Assembly (NCBI RefSeq): GCF_009914755.1
Contig: NC_060939.1
Strand: one strand, 5' to 3'
DNA: 64,000 nucleotides
Source: the human T2T-CHM13v2.0 reference genome, Homo sapiens
Positions 13,791 to 25,380 of this stretch are shown here, in pieces. The notes beneath the pieces are model-generated. The model made no database searches and had not been told where the DNA came from. It worked only from the letters and a program-made list of their open reading frames with translations. The stretch's first letter is position 1. Each line of letters opens with the position of its first letter. The translations under genes were made by a program, and so were the position numbers.

Positions 13791-16512
13791 CAGTTAGAGA
13801 CCAGGATCTTCATTTGTCTGGGACAGTCTCTCCCCTCAGTGAGGAAAAGGAGAAAGGAAATAATGATGAGCGCTGATATATTCCAGGCACGATCCTAGGC
13901 ATCTAACCGTGAGTTTTACATTAATCAATTAAATCTCACACCAACCCCATGAGACAGATACAATCACACCTCTGGGAGATTAAATAGTTTCCCCAAATCA
14001 CTCAGCTGGGGACACATTAGCTGGACACATGACCACATAGCTTGGGGTGCCGGGGTGATGTGTTCTCTTCCCTCCCTAGATCAGTTTTTCATAAGAAGGA
14101 CTCACTGGGGAGAAGGGAAGATTCCTTTTAGAGAAGAGGGTCTCCGCTTCCTGCCCTAGGTCCCATTGCCTCTGCCTTTGGGTTCCAGCAGGGAGACGCA
14201 ATGGGAGGGAAAGCCAGCTGCCTGCATTCCATCCTGCAGCCAAAGTGAGGTGCCCAGTGAGGGGGTGGTGGGGGCCCAGGGGAAGGTGGGACTAGTCCTA
14301 GACAGAGCCCCAACCTCACTGGGGACAGGATTAGTGAAATCTGGCCACAAGGAAGAGGCATTAAATTACAAAGTGCTGGTTTCGTCTCCAGAGACCAGTT
14401 GGCGTTTGCTTCTGACCAAACCGAACCAACCAGAGAGTGGATTTCCTAAAAATGATGTCAGTCAAGTCCATCTCTCTGACCTCGGCTCCTGACAAGATCT
14501 CTGGCCGCCTCCTTTTATGGTAGATGGGTTTCATGTTTGGGAGAAGTACTTTTCTCAGAGATTGATGACTTCCAAATACCAACATGATAAAATAAAGTTG
14601 TTTTGATGGGAATGAACAGGCTGATTGCAGAGATGTTGGGAGCCTGGTTGGGCAGCTTGCCACTGTTCTGCCCTTGATATTGATGACAGAGGGGGAAAAA
14701 AACCACAATTCCTGGGCTGCTCTCCTGTGGGCCGTGGCCAAAGTTACGTCAACTGTTGCTCCCTTTCTCAGAATCTTGTGTGTCTTTCAAAAAAAGCATC
14801 AGTCAGTCTCAAGAAGGGACGGAAACCACAGCATCAAGCCAGAGCATCACTTGGGGCTCACAGTTCTCAAAGCCACTCCACTCCCTACAGGTTAAGGTGA
14901 AGGCCAGGTAGGGCAGTCCTGGTCCCAGGTGCTGAGGGCTGCTGGCCAGTGTATGGCTAAGGCCATTCAACAGCTCAGCGGGGAGAGTTCGCTCCAGCTT
15001 AAGGAGCGTCTGCTGTGCTGTTCCATTTCCCTGCCTCTCCTCCTCCTCCCATATAGCTTCCCAGGGATCTTGGGAGAAAGTCCAAAATGTTCCATGTGGC
15101 CCCATGGCCCCTCAGCCTCTGCCTAGCCTTGTCTTGTGTGAGTTTTCCTCTAGGTCCCTTTTCTGCTCCTCCAGATGCACGTTGCTTCCTCTGCCTCAGG
15201 GCCTCTGCATGTGCCATTTCCTCTGCCTGAGCCTCTCTGATGAGCTTCCCATCACCTTTAAACCCCAGCATAAATGCAAATCCTCCCCTGGCCTCCCCTG
15301 GGAAGCTTCCCTGATACCTTGATTACATCAGATCTTGCTTAATGATCTCATCACCCCTGTGCCTTACTAATGGGTGACTGGTGACCTCTCCTTTTCTTCT
15401 CACAGTTAGTAATTCTACTCCATGGATGTGACTGTCTGATTACTCCTGTCTCCCGCATCAGGACGCAGGCTCCATGAGGGCAGGATGGGGTCTGTTTGCT
15501 ACTCATTGTTGGGTCTAGCACTTAGCACAGGGGATGAGTGGAGGGCAAGACAAGAAGAGAGATGGGTCCTATCAGCTTGGGAGAGTGGCTCACGGGAAGC
15601 ACGTGGAGTGCAAGTGTGCCCTGCAAGCAGATGCCATGGTTGTTAGAGAGAAGGACCCTGTGGGCTGGGTGCTCAGGAAGCTTCTGGAGGTGTGATTCTG
15701 GCCTTGAAGGGCCATGTGGAGGAATAGGTGAAGTGGCCCAAAGGTGCTAGGCAGGCTTTCCTGGTGCAAATGTGGAGCCGGGGAAAAGAAGAGAACAGCC
15801 TACCTGGGTGGAGGTGTCAGGAATTGCCTGGCTCCTCCTGCCATCCTGCCAGGCTCCTTGAGAGTCAGGCCAGACATGAAGAGAGGATGGGCTTTCAGTT
15901 CTGGGAGGACTTGGTTAGAAGCCTGGCTCTAGCACTCATTCATAAGTGGGTGACCCTGGGGAGTTACTCTCCCTTTCTGGTTTTCAGTTTACTCATCTAT
16001 AAAACAGGAATAAAAATATCTATCTGGAAAAGTGGTTGGCAAGACTAAAGGGAGTAGCAAACCTCTGGCACTGCCTGGTGCAGGAAAGGTACTCAATACA
16101 TCTTGGTTGAATTGAACTGGATCAAGATGCCCTGGTTCCTTGAGCTGGCCTCAGCGCTTTTGCCCATGCTGTTCACCATGCCTGGAAGGCCTTTCTTCCC
16201 TTCGTCCTACGCTTTCAAGTCCCACCTCTGATGACACCTCTGCTGCAAAGTGGTCCTTCCTCTGGGGCCTTCAGCGTGGGCTGCTCATAGCTCTGTCACT
16301 CCCTGCCTTGCATAACAGCTGCCTTCCCTTCTGCCTTGCTCTTAGGTTATATGCTATTCAAGGCCACATCCATGAATGGCTTTTATCTTTGCCCAGTGCC
16401 CAAAAGTTGCAGATAGACTTGCCTACCGGATTTCTCACCTTCTGAGAATCTGTTCTCAGAATCAGTACCTGTTGGCTCCTCCTGCCTTAGTTTACCTCCT
16501 AGCTCCCTGACT

Positions 16513-16751
16513 TAGGTACTGATAGTAGGTACTGATAGGTAGTACTGATACTCTACCTATCAGTACTACCTGACTAGGTAGGTACTGATAGGTAGTACTG
16601 ATACTCTACCTATCAGTACTACCTGATTAGGTAGGTACTGATAGGTAGTACTGATACTCTACCTATCAGTACTACCTGATTAGGTAGGTACTGATAGGTA
16701 GTACTGATACTCTACCTATCAGTACTACCTGATTAGGTAGGTACTGATAGT
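16513..16751. repeat. 53-bp palindromic tandem repeat (4 full units plus partial)
   Basis: Unit AGGTACTGATAGGTAGTACTGATACTCTACCTATCAGTACTACCTGAYTAGGT starts at 16527, 16580, 16633 and 16686, with a partial at 16739. One substitution in total. Confidence 0.97.
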
Positions 16752-16769
16752 CCCCTACCACTTAGATAA

Positions 16770-16980
16770 CAATAATAAAAATAATTGTGTACATGAACAA
16801 AGCTCTTACTATGTACCAAGCACTATTCTGAATGTATTTAATGCTTATAACCATGTTTTGCAGTAAGTATATTATCATTCTCATTTTAAAGATGAGAAAA
16901 CTGAGGCACAAAGAAAGTCAGCAACTGGCCAAGGTCATACAGCTAGGAAGCGGCCAGGATGACTTTGAGGCCTCACGGGT
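16770..16980 (-). mobile_element. MIR
   Basis: MIR core CATTTTAAAGATGAGAAAACTGAGGCACA...CCAAGGTCATACAGCTAG. Confidence 0.75.
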
Positions 16981-17061
16981 CCCGTGCCATCCAGCCCATC
17001 ACCATCAAGTCTTCCTCTGCCCTTTCAGACACCACCGACCGTCGTCAGTCACTTGAATCCT

Positions 17062-17303
17062 CCCTGGAGTGGCCTCAGCCAGGCTTGTCCCCTCCTACAC
17101 CTCTTCTTCTTCAGACTCATCTATCCCAGTCACATGCTCTAAGATCCTGCTCAATACAGAACTGACTGTTGACTCCTTGATCACAACAAGTGGAACACAG
17201 CAGACCTGGTATACCAGAAGGATGGGGCCAGAGTCCCAAGGGTCTTGAAAGTCTGGATGAAGCACCAGGTTGGAGCTGACGGCCAGAGGAAGCCGATCTG
17301 TGG
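17062..17303 (+). repeat. Local diverged duplicate, copy 1 (pairs with 18418-18653)
   Basis: Collinear shared blocks such as CCCTGGAG.GGCCTCA.CCAGGCTT, TACAGAACTGA, TGATCACAACA, GCCAGAGTCCCAAGGG, AAAGTCTGGATGAAGCA and GGCCAGAGGAAGCCG. Confidence 0.9.
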
Positions 17304-18417
17304 AACCTAAGCGTGAACACCTCCCAGAAGCCTCTCCGCAGCCCTGCCCCAGGCCTCCACTGGTTCTTTGGGCTCTGCTCCATGTTGCAGATGCACCTGT
17401 GTAAGCAAGAGCTTTCATTTTCCTTGGAGGGAGGGCGCTGGGATGGGGTGAGGGAGGTGGGGTTTATCACTAAGAATCTCTGGTATTATCTCACTCTTCC
17501 CAGTTTTACTTGGGCCCCAAGAATCTTCACGTCTAAAAGCAAATCACAGAGAGGGAGAGGAGGAGGGAGAAAAGACCATAAGCTGGCCTAGGCAAAAAGA
17601 TATGGCAAAGTGAACCTCTTGCTGCTATGGGGGAAAAAAAACAACCCATTCAAAAGTGAAGAAGTAATGAGCTTCAGATGGCTGGCTGTTTCGTATCCTC
17701 TGCATTGCTGCCCCTTTTGCCCTGGCGAGCAGGGAACATGTGAGGGTTCTTGCTCTGCTGCCAGCCAGCCTTCCCTTCTGCCCAAGGCCATCATTTCAAA
17801 GAGGCATCTAGGAAGGCAATGCTAGATTTGGGAGCATTGCTGGAGGCCCAAGGACCCTAGTCTAGGCTCCTGTAGTAGGCACTAGTGCGATAGAGCAAGG
17901 GAGGGGTGAGGGGACGTGGTCCCTACATCAGAGAAGCTTCTAGCTAGTTGAGGGAAGAAGGCCTTCATTACAGAAGAGCTTGGGGAGCCCTCTGACTCTG
18001 GGGAGAAGCAGGGATACTGCCCTTGGGGAACTGCTGCTCTCATAGGAGACCTAGTAACTCTGCCCTCACCCTGGGAAGCCCCCAGGCTGGTGGGGAGTGT
18101 GCGGTTCCGCCCCCATGGGCAGCTGCGTGGCCAACAGGGAACTCACAGTGGACTGTGAGCATCCCATGAGCAGCAACTCTGCCTGCATTGCCACATGGAG
18201 GGTGTGGAGTGAATATTTAAGTAATAGGATTAGACATGTACACTGAGCAGAGCTGATTCCACACAATCTTCTCCCCATCTAAGACTGAGCAATGTGAGGA
18301 GAACTGGATTCTACTTATCCCTTTATCCCACCATAAGGCCTGGTGCTCAGAAAAATGTGTTGAGTTAAAGTAGAAATTTCAGCTCTGACAACCACAACAA
18401 ATTATCAACAACGACAA

Positions 18418-18653
18418 CCCTGGAGAGGCCTCACCCAGGCTTATCCCCCTCCCACACACTCCTTCTTCAAGACTCACCCATCCTGGGCCCATGCCCTCTG
18501 CTCACTACAGAACTGATTGGTGGCTCCCTGATCACAACAGGCAGAGCACAGGAGACCAGGTATGCCAGAAGGACAGAGCCAGAGTCCCAAGGGCTTAAAA
18601 GTCTGGATGAAGCAGCAGATGGGAGCCGATGGCCAGAGGAAGCCGCTCTATGG
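18418..18653 (+). repeat. Local diverged duplicate, copy 2 (pairs with 17062-17303)
   Basis: Same shared blocks; followed directly by a MIR-like core at about 18655-18735. Confidence 0.9.
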
Positions 18654-18759
18654 CAGAAGAGAGGAACTGGAGGCACAGCGATCCCGTAACTTGTCCCAAG
18701 TCACACATCTAGTGGGTGGCAGAGCTGGGATACAAAAACAAGTGGTCCTGCTCCAGCTT

Positions 18760-19256
18760 GCATCATCAGTCTCAATTCTTCACTTCTCTATATGCACACC
18801 CTTTACCATGGGACTTTGTAATTCCTGCCTCTAAAAGAGGAGAGTATATTTCCCCCAACCTTGACTTTGGGCTAGGCCATCTGAGCAGAAATAATGTGTG
18901 CCCATTCCCAGCTTGGGCCTTAGGATGCCTTGTCTATTTCTGCTTGCTGGCACTTCTGGCAGCAACATGAGACGGCTAGTCCACTGACCCCAGGAAAAGA
19001 GTGAGAGATATTCGGAGCAGAGCTGCCCCAGCTGAGTTGCCCCAGCCCAACCTAGCTGAGGTCAGCACCCCCAAACTCACAAGCAAGCCCAGTGAGCCCA
19101 GCAGAGCCACTCAGTTGAGCTTAGCTTGGACCAGTTCACTCCCCCACCCTCAGCTGACCCCAGATATGTGAACTAAACAATTATTATTGTGTGCCACTGA
19201 GATTTGGGGGGATTATTGGTTACAGGACATTATTATAGCAATTGATAATTGATGCA
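18760..19256 (+). mobile_element. MLT1-family MaLR LTR
   Basis: MLT1-like body and 3' end GCCACTGAGATTTGGGG...GTTACAG...TAATTGATGCA. Confidence 0.65.
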
Positions 19257-19533
19257 GCTTAGCTCTTAAGTGATGGACCATCAGGGAGGAGGAACAATTT
19301 CACAGAGTGATTGGACAAAGACAAGGAGAAGAGGAGCTGGGGATCTCTGGGGACTCGTGGTTGCTGGGGTAGTACCCCAATCATTTCCTACTCAAGATCT
19401 CATCAGGAAGACCCAACATTAGGCAGAGCTGGGCCCGGGCCTACCCTGTCAGGGAGAAGTGTGGCCTAACGAGCAAATCATGGCCTCCTCCTGCCTCAGC
19501 CATACACCGGGCCTGATGGCTGGGTTGTCCTGA

Positions 19534-20128
<595 letters not shown>

Positions 20129-23100
20129 TAGCCTCCAAACTTTGTTTTTCTACAGCGAATCTCACATTTTTTGAACAAAATATATACATGAAAAGTAGAC
20201 ACAAGAAGTGGATGTTGGGGTTAGGACTAGGGGGTAGGGAGGAATTTCCCACCCTCAGTAGCAGACATAAGATGCCTCACTGAAACCTTAGGGTTTCCTG
20301 GAACACAGTTTGAGAACTGCTCTGTCGAGTTTAAAAAGCTTGTTGCTATAAGTGAGAAGACTAAGGCCCAGAGCGGGGTAGAAATGTGTCCAAGGTCACC
20401 AGCCTCTCTTCATACTTATCTATGTTCACCACCACTCCTTCTGTGTTAGTCCCCTCTACGGCCCTTCAGTTCAATAAACCTCTATTTGGGGTCTATGGAG
20501 CTCCAGGTTCCATGGTAGGAAGTGAGGACACCAAGCTGGCTGAGACACGACTTACGGTGTTCAGAGCTTACAGCCCCACTGGGCAGGCAACAGACATGTT
20601 TATAAGTCAACAGAGCCTGAAGTGAAGCCAGGAGAAGTTTGGACTAGGGTGGGGTGATCTGAGTTCTAATCTCAGCTTTGTCATTAACTTGGCTGGATGT
20701 CCATTGAGAGCCCCGATGCCTCTCTGGGCCTCAGCTTCCCCATCTGTAAAATGAGAGGCTCCTGCTTTGTAACATCGAAGACCCACCACGGCACATGTCA
20801 GTGAGGTTCCCTTGGGCAGACGCCAGCTGACTTCCAGTTGTCGGCACTCGAGCATCTGTCTTGAGTCTCAGCAAACAATTTAGAATTGGAAACCAGGCAG
20901 TGTGGAGGAATGCAAACTCATCTTAATGTTGGCCGGAGCCATGCGCATTTAGGAAGGGAAATCTCCAGGCAAAAACGATAATATTTTGCATTCCCAAGCC
21001 AAGGAAAGAACGAAAGAAAATCACCATCAAACGTTTGGCATTGTCCAGGGCCCAGCTCTCTCTCTCCCTTTGCCTGTACCATGGAGACTTGGCTGGGCCC
21101 TCCTGCCCTGGCTGGGGCTTCTGGACACACCCAGATGTCAGAAAGACAGAGGCCTTGGTGGGGGTCCAGGCGATGTGGTCACCTTTCCACAGAAAGCCCA
21201 GCCTAGCCCCAGAGCTGGACTATGCTGCTGAAACCTCGATGAGGAGACTTAGGGCAAGTGGGCAGGAGGGCAACATGGCTGCCATCAGACCCCCTCTTAA
21301 TTCAAAACTTGCGGACACCAGGCAGGGAGCACCAGCTCCTTTGAGGCATGACTGTGGCCTTGGAATGACAGAGGCTTCTCAGTCTCCCTGAGGTCTTCTA
21401 GGAATGGTCCCTGGGGGGACGGGGCTGGAGGGCAGAATGCTAAGGTCAAAGGCCACAGGATGAACTTCTGACTTTAGGACAGCTGGTTCCAGGACTCAGC
21501 AAAGGGGACATGGGAGTATAACAGCCCCTCCTGAGTGCTGAGACCACTGTGGTGAGAACTAGTTTGGACATCAGAAGACCTGGTTTCTCGACTGGCTATG
21601 TGACCTGAAACAAATACCTTCCCTCTCTGGACCTCTGTCTCCTCTTCTAGAAAATGAGGAAGTAGGGCCAGGTGGTCTACAAACATTTCCAGTACTGAGG
21701 TTCTGAGTCTGTGTGTTCCGCCTCCTCTGGACTTATTTCCAAATCCATCTCCCCTCAGAGGGGAGGAGCAGGCAGACTGGCACCGGGGGCACTCCCGTGG
21801 GCAGGCCAACGGCCAGGGCCTCCGCAAGTATCTATCAGATTGGCTTTTGGGACTGAGGTCATTCCCTCCTTCCCCTCTAGCACTTGGGTCCAAACAAGTG
21901 TCCCTCAGCCTCAAGCCCCCCCATGAAAGTGAGCTGTAACCCCTCTCCCCACGGCTTAGCGCCCAGCCGGGCCTGCCCTGCTGCTACAGTTGCAGGCTGC
22001 CACTAGGGCTGGCCTGGTGATGCCAAGCCAGTTCTTACCACCCTGATACCCTCCTGTGCTCTAGAGAAAACTTAACCAAACTTGGGTCTTTCCAGGAGAG
22101 GGATGCATCCCTCCTCTTTACTCTTGCAAAAGACCCCCCTGTTTTCTAGCTTCTCTGATCAACTCGTCAGCATCTTACTTCTCTACCAAATGACTACCCC
22201 TGGGTGGACTGCTTGTCTCTCTGCTAACTTGGCCTTATCCCCCTGCCTTTCTTCTGAAGGAAGCGCTATGGAGTCTCTCCTATTCCTTATTCCTCCAACT
22301 ATAATATCACCGCCAGCCACTGGCCTTCCTCATCTCTGGATGTGTCTCTTGGCTTCCCCAGCCTTTGTGCAGGTCAGAACGCAGCTCACTGGAGAAGACG
22401 GGGAGGAATAATGGGACGAAGAAATTGTGTCTTCTGATGGAGTCTAGAGAAAGGGGAGGGGTTCAAGGGATGGAGGGTGCTGTCCATTTGAAGGCTGGAT
22501 AGAGAGACTGGCCACAGAAGGGAAAGGAGAAGGATTTCAGCAGCACGGGGGGCTTCTGTGGAAAAGCATCATCTGTCCCCATGGTATGAGCACACCCCTC
22601 ATTTCTTAGCAGAATCTCTGGGGGAGATTATCTCATTTGGGAAACAGCACGTCCCCAGTCCACACCCACTGCTGCTTCCGGCAGGGAGTGGCTCTGAGCA
22701 CGCCAGTGGTTTGAGGCAAGGCCTGTGTCATGGAGCTGCAGCCACAGTGTCCACCTTCCCCGGGAGGAGGAGCCCTAGATAGGGATGTGCTCACATGCCC
22801 TCTCGAATGTTAAGCATGTGAAAAAGAACACACCAGGAAGCAGAGAGCTCATGTGTGTCATGAGGGGCTGGGAGCCATCACTAGGTGAGTTCCAGGGTCT
22901 GCGTCAGCTGAGAGTCTTGAAGATTCAGCTGGCCTTGATGTGGATGCTCAGAAAGAGTGAAGCAGGTGCTGCCTGCCACCAGGGGTGAGCTTATCAGATG
23001 AACTTGATATTCATCCAAGAAGGGCCTAAGTAGAGGGATGCAGAGCAGCCTGCCATTCACCCACTGTCCTCTGTCAATTCCACCTCCCCTTTCAGCCAGG

Positions 23101-23743
23101 CCCTGGCACATCCTCATCACACACACTGGGTGCCTGCAACCTTGGAGCACCCTGACCCTGGCCTGCCTCCCTCTCTTCTACTTCAGTCTTGTCATCTCAT
23201 CAAAAGCCTTGCCTGTTATCTGTCCCATCCCCTCAATGTCCTGTTGTATGGTAGATAAACTAATGCTTGTTAACAAGTGACTTATCACAACAGCCTCCCC
23301 TCAGCCATCAAAAGCATTTGCAGCTCTATATGAGGAAGAATTCTCCAAATCAGAAAAAAACAATCAATCTGGGGCTGGGCAGCCTGTGGAGGAGTGAGGG
23401 TCCCTTCCCTGGGGTTGCAGAGGAGAACAAATGTCGGCTAGGGCAGGTGGCATGTAGGCTGAAACAGAGACTCACAGAAGCATCTGGAGACAGGGAGACA
23501 GAGAACGAGCAAGGGCTGGTGAGAGCCTCGGCAGTCCTTTGTATCTTTTTCTGAGAACTCAGGAGTTTGCCAATGGGCTGGTTAAGCAGATGTCAAGCTC
23601 AAGGAAAACAGGCCTAAAACTTTAAAGCAGCAAACAGCACATTGAGACTGACTGTAATTAACATTATTTTTCCTCCGAGCCCTGGACAGCCATCTCATGC
23701 CTTCAGAGAATATATGGATCATCTTCTTCAAGAACAAGGGTCA

Positions 23744-24258
<515 letters not shown>

Positions 24259-24259
24259 T

Positions 24260-25380
24260 CAATTTCCTGGCTGCTTATAGGACATTTCACTTGGATGTCT
24301 CATAACATCTCACATTTCACATGCTGGAAAAGGAACCCAGGTTTTTGCTTCTTAAATGGTTTTGTCCCCATTGCAGGAAATGGCATTACCACCCACCAGA
24401 TGGCTCAAGCCAGAAGCTTGGAAGTCATTCCTTATGATTTTCCTTTACTTCCCATCAGCAAATCCTGCAAGTTCTAGCCCTCCATTCCTCTCCAATGTGC
24501 CCACTCCTCTCTGTCTCTTCTGCCATACTTGGACTAAGCCATCCTCTTCATTTTGTATTTAGACTTGCACTAGAGTTTTCCAACTGGTCCCTCATTCCAA
24601 TTTTGCTCAGCTTCAAGCTATGCTCTTTGCAGCAGCCACAGTGATCTTTCAACGGTGTGAACTAGATCCTGGCTCTGCTTAAAGCCCCCGAGAGTTCCTC
24701 CATTGCATTTAGAATAGATTCTAGACCCTTCCCAGGGCCCACCAGGCCCTGCGGATTTGCTTTCTCACTTACTACCTTCCAGCTTCACCGTCTTCCTCTC
24801 TGTTCCTCAGATACACCAAGCTGTTTCCCACTTTGAGATCTTTGCATTTGCAGTCCCCTTTGTCTGGAACATTCTTCCCCAAGAACTTTTCTCAGCTGGC
24901 TCCTTCTCAACCTCCAGTTTTAACGCCATGGCCTCTGAGAAAGGAGAATCCATTGCTATGGAGAATCTGTTCTTCTCCCTCACAACATCTTCTTTATGTA
25001 TTTTACAATTAAAAATAATTACAGGTGGTTATAAGAGCTGTTTGCCTACTTGGACACTGTCTCCTCTCCCACTGGAGTTTAAGTTCCACAAAGGAAGGGA
25101 CTAATGTGTGCTGGAGTCTGCATACAAGAGCTGATTGTGTGCACTCTTCCCATTCAGTGATGTCATGTTGGCAGCTTGAAAACGACCATGGTGGGAGGAT
25201 TTACATCATGGTAATTGGCAAATACTACAAATAAGAATGATAGGAATTCTTTCTATCCCATCCCAAGAGCCAGAATCAGTGTGTCTGTCTCCCCACTTTA
25301 TCCTTAGCATCTAGAACAATGCCTAGCTCACAATAGGTGATCTATATACATTTGTTAAATGAGACGGAAAAAATGAATAG
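24260..25380 (+). mobile_element. L2 fragments with an embedded MER63-like hAT element (about 25125-25275)
   Basis: L2-like CATTTCACTTGGATGTCTCATAACATCTCA and TTTGCAGTCCCCTTTGTCTGGAAC; MER63-like CATGGTGGGAGGATTTACATCATGGTAATTGGCAAAT. Confidence 0.6.

Noticed and set aside
16513-16751. CRISPR-like appearance (regular palindromic repeats)
   Set aside because: Units are contiguous and identical with no unique spacers, there are no cas genes, and the context is a primate intron.
17095-18834. ORFs over the duplicated segments as cryptic paralogous exons
   Set aside because: Indels between the copies break frame correspondence, and there is no recognisable protein similarity.
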